A DNA stretch of 33,402 nt from Bryobacterales bacterium (lineage in GTDB: Bacteria > Acidobacteriota > Terriglobia > Bryobacterales > Bryobacteraceae): assembly GCA_038220855.1 (NCBI GenBank), contig JBBRIO010000001.1, positions 1 to 33,402 of the forward strand, in the 5' to 3' direction. Of this stretch, positions 15,900-24,056 are shown one piece after another. Below the pieces are notes generated by a model, which saw nothing but the letters and a program-made list of their open reading frames with translations, ran no database searches and had not been told where the DNA came from. The position numbers were made by a program, and so were the translations under genes. Each line of letters begins with the position of its first letter. Positions within the stretch are counted from its first letter, which is position 1.

Positions 15900-15941
15900 A
15901 TGAGCGGATCTTGTGGCGTCGAGTCTCGACGCTCTCCCGAA

Positions 15942-16946
15942 TTACCGCCGAAAGTTCAGGACCCATCGCGAGTCACTCCCGACAAATAATCGAGCGCTGC
16001 GCCCGGCACGTTTGTCTGTTTCTTCGACGCCGAGGCCGATAACCATTGGGTACCATCCAACGTCGGCGAGAATCTGTTGGGGCGGGCTCCAGGATTTAGG
16101 ATCACCTAAGTCTGTCGAATAGCTGATGTAAATCCCTTCCGCGGGCCAGCCGGGCTCGCAGCAGGATCGGTTCATCAGCATGACGTACTTATTTAAATAC
16201 GTATTGAAATGCAGGGACGGGCCCCAGAAAGCATCGCTGTCGGCGCGCATCCAGCTTACCTTAGCCGGGAACGCGGCTTCGGAAAAGCCTCCCAGCCCTG
16301 GCTCATTCCATTCGCCACCGTAGTTTTTCCAAACTTGACCAACCGGAGCGAGACGATCTTCAAACGCCAACCGGGCGACTGCAATACCTTGGGCGCTTAA
16401 TGAGCCGGCGTAGTTCGAATAGTAGATGTAGAAGTATTTTTTCTCTTCGTCGAGTAAGACGCTGAAGTCACCGTTACCGCCGGCGAAGTAGCCGTTCAGC
16501 GCATTGCAATCGGATAATTCCCCGGCAGTCAGGATGATGCCATAATCCCGGAAGTTGATGCCGTTATCGAAGGAGACCATCATGCCGATCTCGGGAGCGG
16601 TGAGGTAATTGTCTTCGCAGTAAGAGTAAACCTCGTGGTGGTACCAGGCGTACAGTGTGCCGTCGGTGTCCTGATAAGTGGCTTCGATCCAGAGGGGCCG
16701 GTTCTGGTAACTATTGAGTTGAACGGCGCGGACACGGCGAAGGTTTTCGACAGACGTACCTTCGCTGCGGATGGGCATGCCGTCCGAATTGAAAACAATC
16801 AACTGTCCGTTCCGCCAATGAACGGGGCTACTCGAATCAGAGACGCCAGGGAACCACAGCAACTCTTCTTCGCTGACGGCGACTTGTTGGCCCGACAGCA
16901 CGGTCGAACAAAGTGTTAACAAAGATAAACAGAGCTTCATGCTCAT
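15942..16946 (-). CDS. Secreted hypothetical protein, possibly beta-propeller glycosidase-like
   Basis: Signal peptide MSMKLCLSLLTLCSTVLSG. Trp/Tyr/Gly-rich blades (LWIEATYQDTDGTLYAWYHHE, FWGPSLHFNTYLNKYVMLMNR, GIYISYSTDLGDPKSWSPP). The stretch is visibly less GC-rich than its neighbours. The functional call is weak. Confidence 0.7.
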   Translation of the reverse strand: MSMKLCLSLLTLCSTVLSGQQVAVSEEELLWFPGVSDSSSPVHWRNGQLIVFNSDGMPIRSEGTSVENLRRVRAVQLNSYQNRPLWIEATYQDTDGTLYAWYHHEVYSYCEDNYLTAPEIGMMVSFDNGINFRDYGIILTAGELSDCNALNGYFAGGNGDFSVLLDEEKKYFYIYYSNYAGSLSAQGIAVARLAFEDRLAPVGQVWKNYGGEWNEPGLGGFSEAAFPAKVSWMRADSDAFWGPSLHFNTYLNKYVMLMNRSCCEPGWPAEGIYISYSTDLGDPKSWSPPQQILADVGWYPMVIGLGVEETDKRAGRSARLFVGSDSRWVLNFRR

Positions 16947-16990
16947 TTGACTATGTTAGCGCAGTTCTGGGGACGCGTATACTTGTTCGG

Positions 16991-18772
16991 ATGCAACTGA
17001 CTCTCCTTGACTGGCTTATCGTCGCCGTTTACTTTGCCTTGAACATCGGAATTGGTTTTTATTATAAGGCGAGGGCGGGGAAGAGCATGGACGAGTTTTT
17101 CCTGTCGGGGCGAAATGTGCCGTGGTGGTTGGCGGGGACTTCGATGGTGGCGACCACGTTTGCCGCCGATACGCCGCTGGCAGTGACGGGGATGGTGGCG
17201 CGTTATGGGGTGGCGGGGAATTGGCTGTGGTGGAACTTTGTAGCCAGCGGCATGCTGACGGTGTTTTTCTACGCTCGGCTTTGGCGGCGCAGCGGGGTGA
17301 CGACGGATATCGAGTTTAGTGAAATTCGCTATGCGGGCAAGCCTGCGGCGTTCTTGCGCGGGTTCCGCGCTCTGTACTTCGGGTTACCGATCAACTGCAT
17401 CGTGTTGGGATGGGTGAACCTGGCGATGGTGAAAATTCTGATGTTGATTCTCGGGGTGGACAAAGCGACCGCTTTGGTGGTGGTGATTGGCTTGATTGCG
17501 GTGACGTCCTTGATCTCGACGATGAGCGGACTGTGGGGGGTGCTCGTGACCGACGTCGTGCAGTTCTTCATCAAAATGGCGATGGTGATCATCCTGGCGT
17601 ACTGCGCCGTCGATGCCGTCGGAGGGATGGACCAAATGTTGGCCAAACTGCACGAGATTGACCGGGCGAAAGGGATCGCTCCCGGGGGGAAAGGCGGAGT
17701 GCTGAGCTTTGTGCCGGACCTCGACTCGCCCTGGATGCCGATGATTACGTTTCTCGTTTACATCTCGCTGAATTGGTGGGCGGTGTGGTACCCGGGGGCG
17801 GAGCCGGGCGGCGGCGGCTACGTGGCCCAGCGGATGTTTTGCGCCAAGGACGAACGGCATTCATTGTTGGCGACGCTGTGGTTCAACATCGCCCACTATG
17901 CGTTGCGGCCGTGGCCTTGGATTCTGGTGGGACTCGCCTCGATTATCCTTTACCCGAACCTGGCGGATCCGGAGACCGGGTATATCAAGGTGATGATCGA
18001 CCATTTGCCGCCTTCGCTGCGCGGGCTGATGGTGGCTGGCTTCGCGGCGGCCTACATGTCGACGATCGCCACGCAATTGAACTGGGGTGCCAGTTACATC
18101 GTCAACGACTTCTATCGGCGGTTCCTGAAGCCGGAGGCGAACGACTTTCAACTGGTTCGCGTATCGCAAATAGTCACCGTTTTGATCACGCTGGTTTCGG
18201 CCGTAGTGACCTTCTACATGGAGTCGATCACCGGCGCCTGGAAGTTGCTGATTGTGACCGGCGCGGGCACCGGCGGGGTGTTGCTGCTGCGGTGGTACTG
18301 GTGGCGGATTAACGCATGGAGCGAAGTGGTGGCGATGGGGACGGCGTTTGTGGTTTCGGTTCTCTTGCAAACGATGGCGGGTTTGGATTCGGATGATCCG
18401 CGGCAGTTTGCGTACTTGATGATGATCACGGTGGGCGTGACGACGGCGGCCTGGTTAGCGGCTACATTCCTGACAGCGCCGGAGACCGACGAGACGTTGG
18501 TGGCGTTTTACCGGCGGACCCGGCCGTCGCGCAACGGTTGGGGGCCGATCGCGAAGCTGGCCCCGGACGTAAAGCCAGCCGGCGACGGGCTGAATAACTT
18601 GTTGTGCTGGCTGTGCGGGTGCGTGTTGATCTATGGCTCGCTGTTCGGGATCGGAAAGATTATCTTTCAGGAAACGGCACTCGGGATCGGCATGTTGGCG
18701 GTGGCGGCGGTGGCTGGGTTCATTATCTATTGGGACCTGACGCGCAGAGGGTGGTCCAGCATTGTAGACTGA
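16991..18772 (+). CDS. Sodium:solute symporter (SSS) family transporter
   Basis: 593 aa, about 13 TM segments, N-terminus MQLTLLDWLIVAVYFALNIGIGFYYKARAGKSMDEFFLSGRNVPWWLAGTSMVATTFAADTP typical of SSS. I prefer the ATG at 16991 to the upstream alternative start. Confidence 0.9.
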   Translation: MQLTLLDWLIVAVYFALNIGIGFYYKARAGKSMDEFFLSGRNVPWWLAGTSMVATTFAADTPLAVTGMVARYGVAGNWLWWNFVASGMLTVFFYARLWRRSGVTTDIEFSEIRYAGKPAAFLRGFRALYFGLPINCIVLGWVNLAMVKILMLILGVDKATALVVVIGLIAVTSLISTMSGLWGVLVTDVVQFFIKMAMVIILAYCAVDAVGGMDQMLAKLHEIDRAKGIAPGGKGGVLSFVPDLDSPWMPMITFLVYISLNWWAVWYPGAEPGGGGYVAQRMFCAKDERHSLLATLWFNIAHYALRPWPWILVGLASIILYPNLADPETGYIKVMIDHLPPSLRGLMVAGFAAAYMSTIATQLNWGASYIVNDFYRRFLKPEANDFQLVRVSQIVTVLITLVSAVVTFYMESITGAWKLLIVTGAGTGGVLLLRWYWWRINAWSEVVAMGTAFVVSVLLQTMAGLDSDDPRQFAYLMMITVGVTTAAWLAATFLTAPETDETLVAFYRRTRPSRNGWGPIAKLAPDVKPAGDGLNNLLCWLCGCVLIYGSLFGIGKIIFQETALGIGMLAVAAVAGFIIYWDLTRRGWSSIVD

Positions 18773-18777
18773 GGCGG

Positions 18778-20247
18778 ATGATTACCCGTCGAACTTTGCT
18801 GGCTGGATTGGCTGCGCCGAAGAAGCCGAATTTTCTATTTTTGATTGCCGATGATCATGCCGCCTATGTGATGGGCTGCGATGGGAATCGGCAAGCGAGC
18901 ACGCCGAACATCGACCGGCTGGCGAGCGAAGGGGTTCGGTTCGCGAAGCACTACTGCAACCAGCCGGTCTGTACGCCGTCGCGGCAGAGCTTGTTGACGG
19001 GTTTGATGCCGTCCGCGGTGGGGGTGACGGTGCTGAAAACCTCTCTCGATCCGGAGAAGCCGAACTTGACCAAGCAGTTTAAGCAGGCTGGGTATCAGAC
19101 GGCGGTGTTCGGCAAGATGCATCTGAATCGGGCGTCCGCGCCGGGCCTTTACGGGTTCGACACGATGATGACCGAGGCGGACATCAATAAGGCGTGGAAC
19201 GGCAGCCCGGTGCAGCGCAAGGTGGAAGGGAAGACGAAGCCGGTGTGGCGGCCTTTTCGCGATCCGGCGCGGATCTGGTTGAACGCTGAGAAACTGCCGT
19301 TTCCACGCTATTACGAAGAGATGCGCGGGACGTTCACGGCTCGGCAGGCGGTGGGTTGGCTGGAGAAATACAAAGACGACCCGTTCGCGCTGTGGGTGAG
19401 TTTTCCGGAGCCGCATTCGCCGTACGATTTCCCCGTCGATATGGCGGCGCAGTTTCCCGCGGCGACGTTCACCGCGCCAAAGGTGGGACCGGAGGACGCC
19501 GGGCAGATTCCGCTGATCTTCCGGGATTTGAGCGTCGAGGAGAAGCAGGGAATTCAGGCGGCGTACTACACGTCGGTCGCGATGTTGGATCGCAACATAG
19601 GCGACGTGCTCGACGCGTTGCGGCGGCTGAACCTGGAGCAGGATACGTTCGTGGTTTACCTGGCCGACCATGGCTACTGCGTCGGGCAGCACGGGCGGTT
19701 CGAGAAGCATTGCGGCTATGAACCGGCGCTGCGGGTACCGCTGATCATTCGCTATCCGGGGCGGGTACGGAAGGGAGCGGTGGTGGAGGTGTTGACCGAG
19801 CATATCGATGTGACGGCGACGATCACCGACATGATGGGAATTGGAGCGCTGCCGGGTCAGCAGGGCCAGAGCCTGCGGCCGTTTCTAGAGGGCAAAAAGG
19901 CTCCGGGTCGGACGCACGTCTTTAGCCAGTATCTGGAAAACGAAGAGGTGTTTGTCAGCAGCGGGGAGTGGAAGTTTATCCATTGCTCGGGGCAGCGGAA
20001 GCGAACGGACGGGTATGAGACCGACAAGCCGACGCCGGGGCGGTACGTGAGGCTTTACGACCGGAAACGGGATCCGGGCGAGTTTACCGACGTCGCGGCG
20101 AAGCATCCGGAGGTGGTGAAGAAGATGCAGAACCTGGTTCTGGATCGCTATCGGAAGACCCATCCAGAGGCGAATAAGGAGCCGAAAGGCCTGCCTGCCG
20201 AGGAGGCGATCGACTTTTACGTGCGCCCCCGCGACGCGGAGGATTAA
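18778..20247 (+). CDS. Sulfatase (formylglycine-dependent, Cys-type)
   Basis: PNFLFLIADDH ... QPVCTPSRQSLLTGL (CxPxR) ... GKMH ... YLADHGY. Short RR-containing N-terminus MITRRTLLAGLAA. Starts 5 nt after the SSS stop. Confidence 0.9.
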   Translation: MITRRTLLAGLAAPKKPNFLFLIADDHAAYVMGCDGNRQASTPNIDRLASEGVRFAKHYCNQPVCTPSRQSLLTGLMPSAVGVTVLKTSLDPEKPNLTKQFKQAGYQTAVFGKMHLNRASAPGLYGFDTMMTEADINKAWNGSPVQRKVEGKTKPVWRPFRDPARIWLNAEKLPFPRYYEEMRGTFTARQAVGWLEKYKDDPFALWVSFPEPHSPYDFPVDMAAQFPAATFTAPKVGPEDAGQIPLIFRDLSVEEKQGIQAAYYTSVAMLDRNIGDVLDALRRLNLEQDTFVVYLADHGYCVGQHGRFEKHCGYEPALRVPLIIRYPGRVRKGAVVEVLTEHIDVTATITDMMGIGALPGQQGQSLRPFLEGKKAPGRTHVFSQYLENEEVFVSSGEWKFIHCSGQRKRTDGYETDKPTPGRYVRLYDRKRDPGEFTDVAAKHPEVVKKMQNLVLDRYRKTHPEANKEPKGLPAEEAIDFYVRPRDAED

Positions 20248-20300
20248 ATCCGGACATAAGGGTATACATTTAACGTGGCCGGGTGTATTCTGTGGTTGCC

Positions 20301-21161
20301 ATGAAGAAACTACAGAAAATTGTACTTGCGGTTGACTTTGCCCCCCAGTCGGTTGTGATGGCTCATCGAGCCCGAATGCTTGCCGAGGCGAGCAAAGCCG
20401 AGATCGTGGCCGTCCATGCGGTGAGGCCATTCGCGATGATGACCGAAGGGATGGATGTTCCTGGTGCGGTCGTGCTCGATTGGTATGAAGCGCAGAAGCC
20501 GGTGTTAGAGCGGCAATTGCAGGCGTTTTGCGAAGAACACTTGGCGGGCTGCGCGTTTCGGGCTTTGCTCGTCGAAGGGGAGCCGGCGTCGGAGATCGTG
20601 AGACTGGCGACAGTGGAGCATGCCGATTTGGTGATGATGGCGACGCATGGTTTCGGGGCGTTCCGTCGGTTCATTCTCGGCTCGGTTGCCGCCAAGGTGC
20701 TGCACGATTCGGAGGTGCCGGTGCTGACGGCGGCGCACGTGAAGGAGCCGGGGCCGGGGCGGGAGGCGTTTCGGAAGATTGTGGTCGGGGTGGATTTAGG
20801 GCCACGGACGGCCGACGTTTTGGCTGCGGCGAAAGAGATTGGTGCTGCCGAAGTGGTCGTGGTCCATGCCCTGCCGGTGGTGGGGGACGGGGTGGAGCTT
20901 TCGTTTGACCCGTCGTGGGAGTTCGCGCTGAAGGCGGCTGTGGAGGTGACGCTAAAAGAGGCGATGGAGGCTGCCGGGCTGAAGGCTGAGACGGTGATGG
21001 AGCCTGGTTCTCCGGCGAGGTTGGTGCATCGGGTGGCGGCGGAGTGGGGTGCCGACCTAGTGGTGATCGGTCGCCATACGGACAACACGATCCTGGGCCG
21101 TTTGACGACGCATGCTTATGCGATTGTGCGCGAGTCGCCGTGTCCGGTGCTTAGCGTTTAA
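20301..21161 (+). CDS. Universal stress protein, tandem USP domains
   Basis: Two USP units (KIVLAVDF...DLVMMATHGFGAFRRFILGSVAAKVLHDSEVPVLT and KIVVGVDL...DLVVIGRH...LGRLTTHAYAIVRESPCPVLSV). Confidence 0.85.
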   Translation: MKKLQKIVLAVDFAPQSVVMAHRARMLAEASKAEIVAVHAVRPFAMMTEGMDVPGAVVLDWYEAQKPVLERQLQAFCEEHLAGCAFRALLVEGEPASEIVRLATVEHADLVMMATHGFGAFRRFILGSVAAKVLHDSEVPVLTAAHVKEPGPGREAFRKIVVGVDLGPRTADVLAAAKEIGAAEVVVVHALPVVGDGVELSFDPSWEFALKAAVEVTLKEAMEAAGLKAETVMEPGSPARLVHRVAAEWGADLVVIGRHTDNTILGRLTTHAYAIVRESPCPVLSV

Positions 21162-22622
21162 ACCAAAGGAGACGGTCGGGGGAGACGGCGTTGAAGATTT
21201 CGCCGTCCCCGGTGACGTCGACGGAGTGGTGGCCGGGAGAGTCGACGACGCCGAGGGTCGCGCCGGTTCGGCGGTCGAGTTTTTTGATCCAGCCCGGGGT
21301 GCCGTTGGGCTGGTCGAGCGGTTGGGAGCCAATCCAGAGGGCTCCGTCGGCAATCGTTAGCGAAAACGTTTTGCCGCGGCCGTTGAATTCGTTCAGGAAT
21401 TGGCAGGCTTGGGTAAAGGGCAGGATGCGGACGTTCTCGCGGTCGGCGCCGTAGACGATGCCGTTGGCGTCGATGGCGATGCCATGGGGAAGATGGAACT
21501 GGCCTGGGCCCGGTGCCCGGGGTGCCCCATTGGTTCAGGCGCTGGCCGTCGGCGGAGTATTCGAGGACGCGGGCGTTGCCGTAGCCGTCGGCGATGAACA
21601 GGTGGCCGTTGGCGGCGAAGGCGATGTCGGCGGTGCCGTCGAAAGTCGATTTGGTCTTGGGCTGCTCGCCGACGTTGATGGTCAGCAGGAGCTTGCCCAG
21701 CGGCGTAAATTTGAGCATGCGGCTGCTAGCGGCGTCGACGGTCCAGATGTGGCCGTCGGGGGAGAGGCGGATGGAGTGCGGGATTTCGAAGAGGCCTTTC
21801 CTCCATTGGGGCCCCATTGGCGGAGGACTTTGCCTTCACGGTTGATGACGACGATCGGGTCAGCGGTGAGGCCGCGTTGGAGGAGGTAGATTTCGCCGTT
21901 AGAGGCGACGACCGAGGAAGGGAAGCCGAGTTCGGCTTGGACGGGGAGGTGGGTTTGCTTGAGCGGGAGCAGACGGCGGATTTTCACATTGCGGAACGGA
22001 ACGATGGAATCGGCTTGATTTTGAATGGCGACGGGGAAGGGTGGGGCGCGGCGCGGGTTAATCGCTAGATCCTGGAAAGCAGCGGACAAGACCAACTTGT
22101 CGTTTATCCAGTGTTCGATGCGGCCGGCGTTGACGACAAGGCGAAGGGTGTTCCATTCGCCGGGAGCGTTCGACGGGTGGGCGGTGGGAGCTTTCAGTCT
22201 GTAGATGGCTCCGGTTTGGTGCTTCCCGCCGAGGCGGGCCTCGGGGCGTTGCTTTTCATCAAGGAGAGGGAACCACAACTCATCGTTGAAGAAGAATTAG
22301 CCACCCCGTTCCTGGATTGCGATCGCTTCCTGTCCGATGCGGTATTTGACGCCGCAGCCGCCGCCGGGTTCAATGCGCCACTCGAGCGCGAGTTCGAAGC
22401 TGTCTTAGGCTTCTTTCGTGACCAGGTCTTGGAGAATCCGGGGATAACGGACGGTCGAGAAGGTGCCGTCGGCGAGCGTCCAGCTTTTGCCGGCCAAGGG
22501 GCGGAAGTGTTCGAAGCCGCTCAGCGCCTGCCAGCCGCGATGTCTTGGGCGGAAGCGAGAAGTGGCAGAATGAGGAGGATGAAAACTTGGCGCGATATCT
22601 CGATCCCCAGCTTTGACGGCAT
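21151..22622 (-). pseudogene. Secreted DUF1080 (3-keto-disaccharide hydrolase-like) plus NHL-repeat propeller protein, disrupted by 3 frameshifts and 2 in-frame TAA
   Basis: Signal peptide MPSKLGIEISRQVFILLILPLLASAQD (ATG 22622). DUF1080 region: WQALSGFEHFRPLAGKSWTLADG...KEA[TAA]DSFELALEWRIEPGGGCGVKYR...GG[TAA]FFFNDELW...GAIYRLKAP...PGEWN...IEHWINDKLV...PFRNVKIRRL. NHL region: GKGLFEIPHSIRLSPDGHIWTVD...HLFIADGYGNARVLEY...GPGQFHLPHGIAIDANGIVYGADRENVRIL...WFKR, TAA at 21151-21153. Lesions at ~22525-22540, 22405-22407, 22297-22299, ~21797-21799 and ~21505. Confidence 0.7.
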
Positions 22623-23208
22623 GGTGAACTGGCCGGGCGATGGCCGGGTGGAGATGAAGCGGGTGATGAGCATTGCGGATGGGGCGGTCTGTAATGTGAC
22701 GCGGCTAAATATGAGCGTCCATACCGGGACGCATATGGATGCTCCTGGGCACTTTATCGCAGACGGCGTCACGATGGAAGCGTGGCCGGCGGAGGCGACG
22801 ATGGGGCGATGCCGGGTGATCGAGATCCTGGACCCGACGGCGGTAACGGCCGCGGAGTTGGCGCCGTACGACGTGCAAGCCGGGGAACGGATCTTGTTCA
22901 AGACGGAGAACTCGCGGCAAGGTCGGCTGGGCGAGCCGGCGTTCTTCGAGCCGTTCGTTTATGTCGCTGAGGATGCCGCGCAGTTGATGGTCGCCCGGGG
23001 CGTACGCTCGGTTGGCGTGGACTATCTTTCGGTGGGCGGATTTTTCAAAGACGGCGTGGAAACCCACGTGGCATTGCTCGGGGCGGGCGTGTGGGTGATT
23101 GAAGGGTTAGACTTGTCGGCGGTGGAGCCGGGCGAATACGAGTTGAGTTGCATGCCGCTGAAATTGCTGGGGGCAGACGGGGCACCCTGCCGGGCGATGC
23201 TCCGTTAG
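22570..23208 (+). CDS. Cyclase-family protein (kynurenine formamidase-like metal-dependent hydrolase)
   Basis: WRDISIPSFDGMVNWPGDG ... HTGTHMDAPGHF ... GVRSVGVDYLSVG ... HVALLGAGVWVIEGL. The start is ambiguous (ATG at 22570 or 22579). The first ~150 aa of ORF 22111-23208 are antisense to the pseudogene. Confidence 0.85.
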   Translation: MRRMKTWRDISIPSFDGMVNWPGDGRVEMKRVMSIADGAVCNVTRLNMSVHTGTHMDAPGHFIADGVTMEAWPAEATMGRCRVIEILDPTAVTAAELAPYDVQAGERILFKTENSRQGRLGEPAFFEPFVYVAEDAAQLMVARGVRSVGVDYLSVGGFFKDGVETHVALLGAGVWVIEGLDLSAVEPGEYELSCMPLKLLGADGAPCRAMLR

Positions 23209-23594
23209 AGCGTAAAGAAATCCCAGAAAAAGATAACGGCGGCGTAGGCGGCGGGCACCCCTTCGACTCGGCCGATAATGCTGCCGTTTTTGCGGACGTC
23301 CCCGTCTCGTTCGATCTTCCCGACGAGGCTGCCGTGGACGCGAACATCACCGTCCTTTTCCACCTTGCCGACCAGGCTGCCGTTTTTGCGAATATCGCCG
23401 TCGGGTTCGATTTTGCCGACTAGGGATCCCTTGACGCGGATGCCGCCGTCGGACTCGATCTTGCCGACTAGAGACCCGTGGAGGCGTACGTCGCCGCCGG
23501 ATTCAATGCGGCCGATTAGGGAGCCGCCCTTGCGAATATCGCCAGCAAACAGCGTGATCGCGAGGCAGATTGAAAGGAACAAAAGTCTGATCAT
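23205..23594 (-). CDS. Exported 129-aa protein made of six tandem 16-aa repeats (D-[IV]-R-x-x-G-S-[LI]-[IV]-G-[KR]-[IV]-E-x-x-G) with a hydrophobic aromatic C-terminal tail
   Basis: MIRLLFLSICLAITLFAG signal or anchor, then DIRKGGSLIGRIESGG / DVRLHGSLVGKIESDG / GIRVKGSLVGKIEPDG / DIRKNGSLVGKVEKDG / DVRVHGSLVGKIERDG / DVRKNGSIIGRVEGVP, then AAYAAVIFFWDFFTL. Confidence 0.8.
   Translation of the reverse strand: MIRLLFLSICLAITLFAGDIRKGGSLIGRIESGGDVRLHGSLVGKIESDGGIRVKGSLVGKIEPDGDIRKNGSLVGKVEKDGDVRVHGSLVGKIERDGDVRKNGSIIGRVEGVPAAYAAVIFFWDFFTL
23253..23540 (-). repeat. Six imperfect 48-bp tandem repeats (coding, in frame)
   Basis: The period-48 pattern is visible in the DNA (ttcgat..gccgac..gctgcc..gcg.a..tc.cc.tc) and corresponds exactly to the 16-aa protein repeats. 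Confidence 0.85.
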
Positions 23595-23600
23595 GATTGT

Positions 23601-24041
23601 TTATGGAGCGCGGTAAATGGTCTGAAAATGGATTTGTGAGGCGCAGATGGCCGCGCCGAGTCCTCCGCCGACGGCCAACGACACGGCCAAGGCCTGGTCG
23701 CCGTTCCCGGTCTCGTTGTAGAGACGCTTCTGCAGGAAGCCACCAACGAGAGATGAAACCCCTAAACCTATCGCGGCACCAATCAGCGCATTGCGCGTGC
23801 GTCCAGCCGAACGGCTGACCCGAACGACATCTGCCTTTGCGACAGTGGTGGCTTGACCGCCAACGGTCAGCGTGACCTGTTGTGCGTCAGCCCGGACTAC
23901 CTCGCCGTTCAGGCTTTTCTTATCGCGCTTGACGACGTAAGTTTTTTCATTCGGACGGAGGGCGACTACGTCGGCCCATGATCCTTCGGCGGCAAGCAAA
24001 GCGGAGGCGGCGAGGAAGAAGGTGGCAATTGCTTTGTTCAT
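23601..24041 (-). CDS. Exported hypothetical protein with C-terminal glycine-zipper segments
   Basis: MNKAIATFFLAASALLAAEG signal peptide, a small beta-rich domain, then NALIGAAIGLGVSSLVGGF and LAVSLAVGGGLGAAICA (GxxxG zippers). I prefer the ATG at 24041 to the TTG at 24056. Confidence 0.7.
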   Translation of the reverse strand: MNKAIATFFLAASALLAAEGSWADVVALRPNEKTYVVKRDKKSLNGEVVRADAQQVTLTVGGQATTVAKADVVRVSRSAGRTRNALIGAAIGLGVSSLVGGFLQKRLYNETGNGDQALAVSLAVGGGLGAAICASQIHFQTIYRAP

Positions 24042-24056
24042 ACCCAATACGCGCAA

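Noticed and set aside
16947-16990. A canonical sigma70 promoter from TTGACT (16947-16952) and TATACT (16978-16983)
   Set aside because: The spacing is 25 nt, far from the 16-18 nt optimum, so the two hexamers cannot form one promoter. TATACT alone is mentioned as a weak possibility in the sulfatase-locus finding.
18835-19803. 322-aa minus-strand ORF inside the sulfatase gene
   Set aside because: It is antisense to a frame carrying the CTPSR sulfatase signature. It has Arg/His/Pro-rich composition.
22111-22569. Upstream 153 aa of ORF 22111-23208, as an extension of the cyclase protein
   Set aside because: It is antisense to the DUF1080 coding sequence and has no cyclase-family similarity. 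The conserved cyclase N-terminus starts at 22570/22579.
23253-23540. A regular 48-bp tandem repeat, which could be mistaken for a CRISPR array or a VNTR
   Set aside because: There are no unique spacers. The repeats are contiguous, in frame and translate to a conserved 16-aa motif inside a complete ORF with a signal peptide, so this is a coding repeat.
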